Below, piece by piece: positions 42,579 through 52,323 of a stretch of DNA of 64,000 nucleotides. The position numbers and the translations under genes are program-made. The stretch's first letter is position 1. Every line of letters begins with the position of its first letter. The stretch covers positions 352,001-416,000 of the forward strand of contig CAVQSP010000013.1 in the NCBI GenBank assembly GCA_963715985.1, written 5' to 3'. The DNA comes from an uncultured Thermoleophilia bacterium. GTDB lineage: Bacteria; Actinomycetota; Thermoleophilia; UBA2241. A model generated the notes under the pieces. That model did no database searches, was not told the DNA's origin, and was given only the letters and a program-made list of their open reading frames with translations.

Positions 42579-43912
42579 TTACCGCGCCTTCTCCCACTTC
42601 TGCAGATAGGCGACCTCGGCCAGCGTCCTGCCGGCGTCGATCTCGCCGCGCATGCGGTTCTCCTTCTCGAGCACGTCCATGGCGCGGTTGGCGAGCTCCA
42701 CGGCCTGCTCCTTGGGGAGCACCATCACGCCGTCGTCGTCGCCCACGATCCAGTCGCCGGGACGCACCGTCTGGCCCGAGATCACGATGGGCACGCCGAT
42801 CTCGCCGAAGCCCTTGGGCTCGCCGGCGTTGGCGCAGACCTTGCTGCTGAAGGCGGGGAAGCCGAGGCGCGCGATCTCCGGTGTGTCGCGGATCGCTCCC
42901 CACACGACGAGGCCGGCCAGGCCCTTGACCATGGCGCTGTGCGTGGCCAGCTCGCCCCACATGGCCGGCGTGGCGTCGCAGGCGTCGATGACGAGCACGT
43001 CGCCCGGCTTGCAGTGATCGATCGCCTCGACGGGCTTGGCCCAGTCGCCGGCGTACGTGCGCACGGTGACGGCCGGGCCGCACATGTGTGCGCCCGGCAG
43101 CAGCGGCTTGATGCCCGGCAGGCTCGGCTGGCGGTGCCAGGCGTCGCTCACGTTGGCCGTCGAGACCTGATCGAGCACGGTGCGGATGTCGGCCACGCCG
43201 GCGCGCTTGTAGAGAGTGGTCTCGATGCAGACGCGCTCGTCCACAGCGCGGCGGATCTCGACCGTCGCGGCGGTGGCGTCGGCCGACTTGATGATGGCGC
43301 CGCCCACCACCACGATGCCGGCACCGGCATCCACGGCCGCGGCCGCCGTCTCGCTGTTGATGCCGCCGGCCACCGAGACGGGGATGACGACCGCCTCGGC
43401 CACGGCCCGAGCGTGTCGAACGGCGCCTCGCCGCGCATCTGCTGGTCGATGGCCGTGTGGATGCCGATGTAGTCGGCGCCGAGCTCCTGGGCGCGCTTCG
43501 CGCGCGCCACGGGGTCGGCGACCTCGATCATGTCGACGATGAGTTGACAGCCGTAGTTGCGCGCCGCCTCGGCGCACTCCTTGATGGTGCTGTCGGACGC
43601 GGCGCCGAGCACGCCCACCACGCCGGCGCCGGCCTTGGCCGCGTACTCCACCTCGGTGCGGCCGGCGTCCATGGTCTTCATGTCGGCGACGATGGTCTTG
43701 TCCGGGAACGCGGCCTTCAGGGCCCTGACGGCGTTCAGGCCCTCGGCCTTGATCAGCGGCGTGCCGGCCTCGATCCAGTCGGCGCCGCCGGCGACGGCCT
43801 CGCGCGCCACCTCGAGGGCGCGCGGCAGGTCGACGAAGTCGAGCGCGACCTGCAGGATGGGGCGCGGCCGGCTGGGGTCGGCGCCCGGCGCGCAGGCGGC
43901 CTCGTTCCTCAT
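42579..43912 (-). CDS. 3-hexulose-6-phosphate synthase / RraA-like fusion (frameshift ~43410)
   Basis: LQVALD, IEAGTPLIK, ADMKTMD, H..ID.Q, VAGGI (HPS); STANVSDA, DWAKPV, WGEL, RD, GD.DG (RraA/HMG aldolase). Confidence 0.88.
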
Positions 43913-44382
43913 ACGCCCATCACCTGCACCACGACGGTGCGCTCGCGCGGGCGCGCGTCGAAGTCGCAGAACACGATGTTCTGGTAGCGGCCCAGCGTGA
44001 GGCGGCCGTCCACGAACGGGATCACCAGGGACGGCCCCACGAGGCCGGCGCGCACGTGCGAGTGCCCGTTGCCGTCGCCCAGGTTCACGTTGTGCTGGTA
44101 GAAGCGGTCGGCCGGCGCCACGACGTCGAGCGCCTTCTGCACGTCCTCTACCACGCCGGGCTCGTACTCGAGCGTGGTGAGCGCGCCGGTGGCGCCGGGG
44201 ACGAAGAGCGTCGCGGTGCCGTCGCTGAGACCGGTCTGGCGCACGGCCTCGGCGACCTCCTCGGTGATCTTGATCATGTCGGCGTCGCCGTTGCTCGCGA
44301 ACTCGATCGAGCCCGTGATCACGCGGACGAGGCCTTCACGCACGTGGTCCTTGTGCTTGCCGTTGACGAATACGGTCGCCAT
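43909..44382 (-). CDS. YjbQ/UPF0047 family protein
   Basis: G.T.ALT..EYE, GNGHSH, L.LG.YQ..FCDFD..PRER. Confidence 0.88.
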   Translation of the reverse strand: MATVFVNGKHKDHVREGLVRVITGSIEFASNGDADMIKITEEVAEAVRQTGLSDGTATLFVPGATGALTTLEYEPGVVEDVQKALDVVAPADRFYQHNVNLGDGNGHSHVRAGLVGPSLVIPFVDGRLTLGRYQNIVFCDFDARPRERTVVVQVMGV

Positions 44383-44396
44383 TGGGTCCCTTCCTC

Positions 44397-46214
44397 TCAG
44401 GTGGTCGCGTCCTCGGCGGGGTACGCGCAGGGGGTAAGTGAGACGTTGTCGACGAGGCGGATGGCGCCCAGGCGGGCGGCGGCGATGAGCAGCGAGCCGG
44501 GGGCGATGTGCATGCGTGGCTCGAAGGTGTCCGGGTCCACGATGGCGAGGTAGTCCAGGTCGAAGGCGGTGGCTGCGGGCGGCGCCTCGCCGCGCAGGGC
44601 GGCCGCGCGCTCGTCCAGGGCGAGGCTAGCCCCCGGCATGAGCAGCGCACTGGCCGCAGCTACGACCACGTCCTTGACGCCGGCGCGCGGCCCGCCTGCG
44701 GCGGCCGCGCCCGCCATGAGGGCGGCGTACAGGTTGGGGGCCACGGCGCGCTGCTCGGCCGTAAGGTAGGCGTTGCGCGAGCTCATGGCGAGGCCGTCCG
44801 GCTCGCGCACCGTGGGCACTCCCACGACGTCGACGGAGATGTCCAGGTCGCGCACGAAGCGGCGCACCACGGCGAGCTGCTGGGCGTCCTTCTGGCCCAG
44901 AAGCAGGACGTCCGGGCGCACGATGCCCAGCAGCTTGGTGACGACGAGTGCCATGCCGTCGAAGTGCCCGGGGCGGTGAGCGCCCTCGTACTGGTCGGTG
45001 AGCGGTCCGCGCACCTGCACGCCGGTAGCGGACGCCTCCGGGTACATCTCCGTGGCCGCCGGGGCGAACACGAGCTCCACGCCGCGACCCTCGAGCAGGG
45101 CGAAGTCGCGCGCCTCGTCGCGGGGGTACGCGGCGAAGTCCTCGCCGGCGCCGAACTGCGTCGGGTTCACGAAGACGGACGCGGCCACCGTCGCGCAGCG
45201 CGACCGGGCCGCGTCCACCAGGCTGAGGTGGCCCTCGTGGAGGGCGCCCATCGTGGGCACGAAGCCGAGCGGCCGCGGCAGGCCGGCGAGGGCGGCGCGC
45301 GCCTCTGCCTTGGTGCGCGCGACGATCACTGGTCGCCCTCCGGCGCCGAGCAGCTCGCGCAGCGTGGCGACCTGCTCGTCGTCGAGGCGCGGCGCCGCCA
45401 GCGTGAGCGCCTCGAGGCTCAGGGCCCGGTACGTCGCCGCGAGCCGCGGGCTCTCGCGGTCGAGCAGGCGCAGGTGGGCGCGCACGGTGCCCACGTCGCC
45501 GCGCGCCACCGGACCGGTGAGCGCGTGCGCGGGGTCGCCGCTCATCAGCAGGTTGTCCATGGTGGTGCGCAGCAGGATGGAGAGGTGCTGGAGGCCCTGG
45601 CCGTCGCGGGTGGCCTCGTCCATGAGGCGTTTGGCCTCGCTCTCCAGGGCCACGAGCAGGTTGCAGCCGACCACCGCCGAGAGGTGGTAGAGCGTCTTGC
45701 GCTCGTCGTCGAGACGGAACGGCTTCATGCCGAGCCGGACGGCGAGCTGCTCGCCGAGCTCCAGGTCGCGCTCCTCGTGCGCCGTCACGGCGCACGGTAC
45801 GTCGCGCAGCAACTCGGCGCGGGACTCGCCGGCGAACGTCTGCAGGGGGTGCAGGCACAGCACGCGCACCCCCTGCTCGTACAGCGGCTTGAGCAGGTGG
45901 ATGGAGCCGAGGCCGCTGGAGTGGACGGCGACCGGCTGAGGCGCGCCGGGGCGCCTGGCGCCCTGCATGCTCTCAGCGATCCTGCCGGCCACGGGGTAGA
46001 TCTCGTCGTCCGGCACGGCCAGCCACCAGGCGTCCGCCTCCAGGGCGGCGTCGCGCACGCGCACGTGGGGGATGCCGTCGAACAGGATCGCGTCGTCGTC
46101 GGCGTGCACGCCGACAGCGGTGACGGTGAGTCTGGCCTCGAGCAGGCCGGCGAGCAGCGTCGACCCCAGGCGTCCCGGGCCGATCACGCTGAAGCGATAC
46201 GCGTCGATATCCAA
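44397..46214 (-). CDS. panC: Rossmann/DUF2520 (PanG-like) domain in frame with pantoate-beta-alanine ligase
   Basis: IGPGRLG, HSSG, LHPLQTF, YH, LTGPVARGD; then from GTG 45329 FVPTMGALHEGH, FVNPTQF, RPGHF, GQKD.QQ, MSSRN. Confidence 0.88.
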   Translation of the reverse strand: MDIDAYRFSVIGPGRLGSTLLAGLLEARLTVTAVGVHADDDAILFDGIPHVRVRDAALEADAWWLAVPDDEIYPVAGRIAESMQGARRPGAPQPVAVHSSGLGSIHLLKPLYEQGVRVLCLHPLQTFAGESRAELLRDVPCAVTAHEERDLELGEQLAVRLGMKPFRLDDERKTLYHLSAVVGCNLLVALESEAKRLMDEATRDGQGLQHLSILLRTTMDNLLMSGDPAHALTGPVARGDVGTVRAHLRLLDRESPRLAATYRALSLEALTLAAPRLDDEQVATLRELLGAGGRPVIVARTKAEARAALAGLPRPLGFVPTMGALHEGHLSLVDAARSRCATVAASVFVNPTQFGAGEDFAAYPRDEARDFALLEGRGVELVFAPAATEMYPEASATGVQVRGPLTDQYEGAHRPGHFDGMALVVTKLLGIVRPDVLLLGQKDAQQLAVVRRFVRDLDISVDVVGVPTVREPDGLAMSSRNAYLTAEQRAVAPNLYAALMAGAAAAGGPRAGVKDVVVAAASALLMPGASLALDERAAALRGEAPPAATAFDLDYLAIVDPDTFEPRMHIAPGSLLIAAARLGAIRLVDNVSLTPCAYPAEDATT

Positions 46215-46381
46215 GCCTTCGACCTCTCCGGCTGCGGTCCCTCCCTGGGGAAGGTACCGCGCCAGCCGCAGGCCTGTGAGACACAGGCGAGATCCCCGTC
46301 TCCCGCACGATGCTGGGAGCGAGGCCTTTGCGAGGGTAGCGTCTCGCGCGCGCGCGGTCAATCACCTGCTACACTACGCCC

Positions 46382-46600
46382 ATGCCGATCTACGAATTCT
46401 GCTGCAACCAGTGCGGTACCGCCTTCGAGGAGCTGGTCCGCAACGGCACGAAGCCGGTCTGCCCGGAGTGTCAGTCCGGCGACGTCTGCCGGCTGCTGTC
46501 GACGTTCGCCGTGCACTCGTCGTCCGCCAACCTCGGCGGCAAGGGGGCCACCAAGAGTTGCTCCTCCTGCGCCAGCTCCTCCTGTGGCTCCTGCCACTGA
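46382..46600 (+). CDS. FmdB-family zinc-ribbon protein
   Basis: MPIYEF.C..CG..FE..CPEC..; C-terminal CSSC..C.SC. Confidence 0.88.
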   Translation: MPIYEFCCNQCGTAFEELVRNGTKPVCPECQSGDVCRLLSTFAVHSSSANLGGKGATKSCSSCASSSCGSCH

Positions 46601-47626
46601 CGACGTCCTCGCCGCGCTCTGGGCGCTTCGCGCTGAGGTGGAGGCCTGCACGCGCTGCGACCTCCACGGCACACGCACTCGCGCGGTACCCGGCGAAGGA
46701 GATGCCGCCGCCGACCTGATGTTCGTCGGCGAGGCCCCGGGCTATCACGAAGACCAGCAGGGCCGGCCGTTCGTCGGCCAGGCCGGCCGCCTGCTCGAGC
46801 AGCTGCTCGCCTCCATCGGACTCTCCCGCGAGCAGGTCTTCATCGCCAACGTGCTCAAGAGCCGTCCGCCCAACAACCGTGACCCGCGCCCGGACGAGAT
46901 CGCCGCCTGCCAGCCGTACCTCTGGCGGCAGATCGAGCTCATCCGGCCCAAGGTGGTCTGCACGCTGGGCAACCACGCCACCAAGCTCCTCACGGGCAAC
47001 CCGGCAGGTATCACGCGGGTGCACGGGCAGCCCCAGGCCACGGTCATCAACGGCGTGGACCTGTACCTGTACCCGATCTTCCACCCGGCCGCGGCACTGT
47101 ACACGCCGGCCATGCTCACGACGCTCAAAGAGGACTTCCTGCGGCTGCCGGACCTGCTGGCGCACGTGTCGCCGAAGGGCGGGGAGGGGGACGCCTCGGC
47201 GTCACCGGAGCGGCCGGTCTGGCGACCGGCCTACCACGCCGCGCCTTCGCGCGAGGCCACGCCGGCTGCGCAGGCGGACCTGCTCACTGCCGCGCGTGCG
47301 GCTCCGCCTGATCCGCACCTGCCCCCTACGGCGCCCGAGCCCGTCGCGGCGCCGGCGCCGCCGGACCCGGCGTCGCCCGAAGTGGTCGCGCCGCCGAGTC
47401 GATCAGCCCACCGGCGCCGCCCGAAGAGGTCGCGTCGCCGATCGACACGGCGCCGCCCGCCCCGGCCCAGCCGCTTGCGGCCGAGGCTGCCTCCGATGCC
47501 GCGCCACCGCCTGCGGCCGCATCCGTGTCGGGCGCTGCGCAGCCACCCGCGGCCGAGCCGCGACCCGCCGACTCCGTTGCCGCGGCGGCCGACTCCGGCC
47601 CGCCGGAGCAGCTCGGCCTCTTCTAG
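46584..47626 (+). CDS. Family-4 uracil-DNA glycosylase with Pro/Ala-rich tail (frameshift ~47395)
   Basis: C..C.L, VGEAPG..ED..G.PFVG, K.RPP.NR, C, FHPAA; tail ends EQLGLF* in shifted frame. Confidence 0.85.
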
Positions 47627-48142
47627 ATGATCGTCCTCACACTCGCTTCGGCGGCGCAGACGAGGCGCTTCGCGCGCGTTCTGGCCGCGCTGCTCGAGCC
47701 CCCTGCGCTCATCACCGTGGAGGGCGACCTGGGCACAGGCAAGACGACGCTCGTGCGCGAGGTCCTGCGTGCTCGCGGCGTGCGCGGCGCCGTCACCAGC
47801 CCTTCCTTCACGCTGGCGCAGACCTATCACGGCCGCGGCGGCGAGCCACTGCATCACCTTGACCTCTACCGCCTGAGCCGTGGAACGGACGTGGACCTGT
47901 TCGCCTGGGACGACTACCTGGGCGGCGAGTCGCTTACCTTCGTGGAGTGGCCGGCCGCAGGCCAGGACGTGCTGCCGCCGGCCGATGTGCGCCTCGAGCT
48001 CGAGCACCGGTCGCTACGCACGCGGGTCGCTCGCCTGTACGCGAGCGCCGCCTTCGAACGCGCCACCGCCGAGGGGGCGGCTGCGGCGGGCATCCGCGTG
48101 GAGTCCGGCGAGACTGCGCCGGCGATGGAGGCACGCCGGTGA
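47627..48142 (+). CDS. tsaE: tRNA threonylcarbamoyladenosine ATPase
   Basis: GDLGTGKTT, SPSF, HLDLYRL, VEW. Confidence 0.92.
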   Translation: MIVLTLASAAQTRRFARVLAALLEPPALITVEGDLGTGKTTLVREVLRARGVRGAVTSPSFTLAQTYHGRGGEPLHHLDLYRLSRGTDVDLFAWDDYLGGESLTFVEWPAAGQDVLPPADVRLELEHRSLRTRVARLYASAAFERATAEGAAAAGIRVESGETAPAMEARR

Positions 48143-48873
48143 TCCTCGCCCTGGAGACGGCGACGACGGCGTGCTCGGCGGCGCTCTGCGCCGCCGACGG
48201 CGCCGTCGTGGCCGAGACCGTCGCCCTGGACGGGCCCGCGCACACGCAGCGGTTGCTGCCCGGCGTGCACGAGGTGCTGGAGGCCGCGGGCGCCGGGTGG
48301 GGCGACGTGGACACCGTCGCCGTCGGTCTGGGCCCGGGCGCCTTCACGGGGCTGCGCATCGGTGTGGCCACAGCGCGCGCCCTCGCCCAAGCCGACGGCT
48401 GCGTGCGGCTGGCGGGGGTGCCCACCCTGGCGGCGCTGGCGCTGGCCTTGGCCGAGCTCGCACCGGGGGCCCGCACCCTGGTGCCGCTCATCGACGGCAG
48501 ACGTCGCGAGCTCTTCGCCGCCGTGTATGGGCCGGACGGGCAGGGCGGCGTCGAGCTGGTCGAAGACGTGTGCGTGGTGCCGGTCGCTGGGGCCGCCGAG
48601 TGGCTCGACCGGCTGGACCGGCCGCTTGTCGGCGGCGACGGAGTCGCGTTGTGCGCCGGTCTCCTGCCGGCGTCCGTCACGGACGCCGGCGTCGCGGCGC
48701 CCACGGCCGCCATGGTCGGCAGGGCGTTCGCACGCGGCGTGCCCGGCGCGGTGGTCGGGCCGGACGACGTGCTCCCGCTCTACGGCCGCGCCCCCGACGC
48801 CGCACGCTGGCAGGGTGACGGGGGACGGGGCATGCCCGCACGTCGTGAGTCCGGCGTGGAGGCCGGCCCATGA
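48139..48873 (+). CDS. tsaB: tRNA threonylcarbamoyladenosine biosynthesis protein
   Basis: ILALETAT, H...L, GPG.FTGLRIG, D.RR.E. Confidence 0.92.
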   Translation: MILALETATTACSAALCAADGAVVAETVALDGPAHTQRLLPGVHEVLEAAGAGWGDVDTVAVGLGPGAFTGLRIGVATARALAQADGCVRLAGVPTLAALALALAELAPGARTLVPLIDGRRRELFAAVYGPDGQGGVELVEDVCVVPVAGAAEWLDRLDRPLVGGDGVALCAGLLPASVTDAGVAAPTAAMVGRAFARGVPGAVVGPDDVLPLYGRAPDAARWQGDGGRGMPARRESGVEAGP

Positions 48874-49358
48874 GCCTCGAGATCGTCCGCGACGGGCCCG
48901 GCGAGGAGTCCACCATCCGGGGGATGCACTTCACCGACCTCGAGGCGGTCGCGGCGCTCGAACGGCGCACGTTCGCGCTGCCGTGGTCGCTCGCCATCTT
49001 CAGCGGCCAGCTCGCCCGAGAGAACGGGATCTGCCTGGTCGCCGAGGCGGACGGGGTGGTGGTGGGGTATCTCGTCGCGGACATGTTCGTGGACGTCTGG
49101 CACCTCATGAACGTGGCCGTCGAGGAGCGGTACCGGCGCAAGCACCTCGCCTCCGCCCTCATCGAGGCCTACTTCGCCATCACGGAGATGCAGGGCCACC
49201 GCGGCCACACGCTCGAGGTGAGGGTCTCCAACACGTCGGCCATCGAGCTGTACCGGAGCTTCGGCTTCGTGGCCACGGGCGTGCGCCCTGGCTACTACAG
49301 CGACGACCGTGAGGACGCGCTCATCATGTGGAAGGACTGGGAGGGGGAGTCGGCGTGA
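48870..49358 (+). CDS. rimI: Ribosomal-protein-alanine N-acetyltransferase
   Basis: PWS, NVAV, LEVRVSN..A..LY..FGF, YY.D..EDA.IM. Confidence 0.92.
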   Translation: MSLEIVRDGPGEESTIRGMHFTDLEAVAALERRTFALPWSLAIFSGQLARENGICLVAEADGVVVGYLVADMFVDVWHLMNVAVEERYRRKHLASALIEAYFAITEMQGHRGHTLEVRVSNTSAIELYRSFGFVATGVRPGYYSDDREDALIMWKDWEGESA

Positions 49359-50431
49359 CATCTCTCCCAGGCGGCGGGCCGGCTCCCGGAGTCACACGGC
49401 CCGCCGGCGCGTTGCTCTGCATCGAGACCTCGTGCGACGACACCAGCGCGGCGGTGGTCAGCGGCCGCGAGGTGCTCTCGTCGGTGGTCTCGTCGCAGAA
49501 CGAGCTGCACGCGCAGTTCGGCGGTGTGGTGCCGGAGGTCGCCTCACGCCGCCACACCGAGCTCGTCAACGTGGTCGTCGCCGAGGCGCTCGCGGAGGCC
49601 GGGACACGCTGGGACGACCTGGCCGGCGTCGCCACCACCCAGGGTCCGGGGCTCATCGGGGCGCTGCTCGTGGGTCTGGCGGCGGCCAAGGCCATCGCCT
49701 ACCGCCGCCGCCTCCCGCTTGTACCGGTCAACCATCTGCAGGGCCACATCGCCGCCAACTACGCGCTTGGCGTGGAGGCGCCGTTCGTGTGCCTCGTGGC
49801 CAGCGGCGGGCACACCCTGCTGGCCGTGGTCGAGGACGGCGTCGAGTACCGCGTCGCGGCGCGGACCATGGACGACGCCGCCGGCGAGGCCTTCGACAAG
49901 GGCGCCCGCCTGCTGGGGCTCGGCTACCCGGGCGGCAAGGAGCTCGACGCGCTTGCGGCGACCGGGGACCCCGGCTACGCGCGCTTCCCGCGCGCCGTCC
50001 CGCGCGGGCGCGACTTCAGCTTCAGTGGGCTCAAGACGGCCCTGCTCTACGACCTGCGGGGCCGCGACGAGGGCGAGATCGAGGCGCATCGCGCCGACAT
50101 CGCGGCCTCGTACCAGGCGACCATCGTCACGCAGCTCGTGGAGAAGACCGTCGCCTGCGCCGCCGCGGAGGGCCTGCGCCGCGTGGCCATCGCCGGCGGC
50201 GTGGCCGCCAACTCCGGCCTGCGCGGCGCCCTCGCGGCCCGCTGCGAAGCCGAGGGCCTGCAGCTGTCGCTGCCGCCGCTCAGCCTGTGCACCGACAACG
50301 CGGCCATGATCGGCCTGGCGGCCGGCTTCCTGCCGGCGGTGCCGTGGCCCGGCTATCTCGCGCTGGACGCGTTCGCCAGCGACAGCGAGGCCAAGGCGGC
50401 GCGGCCCGCCTCACGGCGGCCGCGCCGCTGA
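49355..50431 (+). CDS. tsaD: tRNA N6-adenosine threonylcarbamoyltransferase
   Basis: IETSCDDT, GGVVPE.ASR.H, H.QGH, SGGHT, DDAAGE.FDK, TDNAAMI. Confidence 0.95.
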   Translation: MTSLPGGGPAPGVTRPAGALLCIETSCDDTSAAVVSGREVLSSVVSSQNELHAQFGGVVPEVASRRHTELVNVVVAEALAEAGTRWDDLAGVATTQGPGLIGALLVGLAAAKAIAYRRRLPLVPVNHLQGHIAANYALGVEAPFVCLVASGGHTLLAVVEDGVEYRVAARTMDDAAGEAFDKGARLLGLGYPGGKELDALAATGDPGYARFPRAVPRGRDFSFSGLKTALLYDLRGRDEGEIEAHRADIAASYQATIVTQLVEKTVACAAAEGLRRVAIAGGVAANSGLRGALAARCEAEGLQLSLPPLSLCTDNAAMIGLAAGFLPAVPWPGYLALDAFASDSEAKAARPASRRPRR

Positions 50432-50594
50432 CCACCGCGCCGCTGACCATCGCCTGCCGGCCCGGCGCGCCGCCGCTCGCCGTTCTCACGCCCGACGCTC
50501 CGCCCGCCGCCGTGCCCGTGTGGCGCTCTCACGCTCCGATCAGGACCATTTCGGCGACCCTGCCTGCATACGCCCTCTGGTACACTCCCGAGGC

Positions 50595-52292
50595 ATGAGC
50601 CGTCAGCGCAAGCCTCAGGCCGCCACGGACCCCCGGGATGTGCCGCGCCGCGCTGCCGAGATCTTCGTGGAGTGTCTGGAGCACGAGGGCGTCGAGTACG
50701 TCTTCGGCATCCCCGGCGAGGAGACGCTGGACCTCAACGAGGCCCTGGACCGCTCCGAGCCCATCACCTTCATCCCCGTGCGCCACGAGCAGGGCGCAGC
50801 CTTCATGGCCGACGCGTACGGGCGCCTCACCGGCAAGCCCGGCGTGTGCCTCGCCACGCTCGGGCCGGGGGCCACCAACCTGGCCACCGGCATCGGGGAC
50901 GCGAACCTGGACAACGCCCCACTGGTGGCGCTCACCGGGCAGACAGACCTCTCCGGCATGCACAAGGAGACGCACCAGTTCATCGAGACCGTGGCCATGC
51001 TGCGGCCGATGACCAAGTGGAACACGCGCGTCCACCACCCCCGCATGATCCCTGAGGCGGTGCGCAAGGCCTTCTTCACGGCCGCCGCCGAGAAGCCGGG
51101 AGCCACGCACCTGGAGCTCCCGGCCGACATCATGGCGACCTCGGTGGTCGGGCGCCCGCTGCCGCACGGCCCGGGCGGGATCGTGGAGGCCGACCCGGTG
51201 AGCCTGCTGCGCGCCGCCGAGCTCATCCAGGAGGCCAAGGAGCCGGTGCTGCTCGTCGGCAACGGGGTGGTGCGCATGCGCGCCGCCAAGGCGTTGCGCG
51301 CCTTCTGCGAGGAGACCGGGCTGCGGGTGATCTGCACGTTCATGGGCAAAGGCGTCGTGGACTCCTCGTCCGACCAGTTCCTGTTCACCGCCGGCCTGCG
51401 CGCCCAGGACTACCCCAAGGGGCTCATGGGGCGCGCCGACCTCATGGTGTGCGTCGGGTACGACATGATCGAGTGGCCGCCGTCCGCCTGGAACCCGGAC
51501 GGCCGCCAGCGCATCGTGTGTATCGACACCGTTTCGCCGGAGATCGACGCCAACTTCGTGCCCGAGGTCGAGCTCATCGGGGACCTCGGGCACATCCTGT
51601 ACCAGCTCACCGGCCTGCTCCAGGGCAAGCCGGTCGCCAAGGTCAAGGTGCGGCCCTACCGGCGCGCCTTCGCGCGCCTGCTGGACGTGGGCGCCGACGA
51701 CGACTTCCCGGTCAAGCCCCAGCGCGTCCTGCACGACTTGCGCGCCGCACTGGACCCGGAGGACGTTCTCGTCTCGGACGTGGGCGCGCACAAGCTGTGG
51801 GTGGCGCGCTTCTGGGAGGCGCGGGAGCCCAACACGGTGCTCATCAGCAACGGGTTCGCCGCCATGGGCTTCGGGCTGCCGGCGAGCATCGCCGCGGCCC
51901 TCGCCGGCCGCGGCCGCACTCGCGTGGTCTGCATCACCGGCGACGGCGGCTTCCTGATGAACGTGCAGGAGCTCGAGACGGCCAAGCGGCTGCGCCTGCC
52001 GTTCGTCGTGCTGGTGTGGAGCGACGGCGGCTACGGCCTCATCGAGATGCACCAGCGGCGGCAGTTCGGCCGCGTGGCCGGCACGCGCTTCGACAACCCG
52101 GACTTCGTGGCCCTGGCGCACTCCTTCGGCGTCCAGGGTGTGCGCGTGGAGCGCGCCGGTGACCTGCCGGGCGTGCTCGCCAAGGCGCTGTCGGCCTCCG
52201 GTCCCGTCGTCGTCGACATTCCGATAGACTACGCCGAGAACGAGAAGCTCGGCGTCGACCTCTGGAAACTGGCGCCGGAAGCACTAGGCTAG
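50595..52292 (+). CDS. Acetolactate synthase large subunit-like ThDP enzyme
   Basis: FGIPGEE, RHEQGAAFMA, GPGATN, GDGGFLMN. Confidence 0.9.
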   Translation: MSRQRKPQAATDPRDVPRRAAEIFVECLEHEGVEYVFGIPGEETLDLNEALDRSEPITFIPVRHEQGAAFMADAYGRLTGKPGVCLATLGPGATNLATGIGDANLDNAPLVALTGQTDLSGMHKETHQFIETVAMLRPMTKWNTRVHHPRMIPEAVRKAFFTAAAEKPGATHLELPADIMATSVVGRPLPHGPGGIVEADPVSLLRAAELIQEAKEPVLLVGNGVVRMRAAKALRAFCEETGLRVICTFMGKGVVDSSSDQFLFTAGLRAQDYPKGLMGRADLMVCVGYDMIEWPPSAWNPDGRQRIVCIDTVSPEIDANFVPEVELIGDLGHILYQLTGLLQGKPVAKVKVRPYRRAFARLLDVGADDDFPVKPQRVLHDLRAALDPEDVLVSDVGAHKLWVARFWEAREPNTVLISNGFAAMGFGLPASIAAALAGRGRTRVVCITGDGGFLMNVQELETAKRLRLPFVVLVWSDGGYGLIEMHQRRQFGRVAGTRFDNPDFVALAHSFGVQGVRVERAGDLPGVLAKALSASGPVVVDIPIDYAENEKLGVDLWKLAPEALG

Positions 52293-52323
52293 AACCTACG
52301 CAATCTTCATCGGGGGGGTCCGC

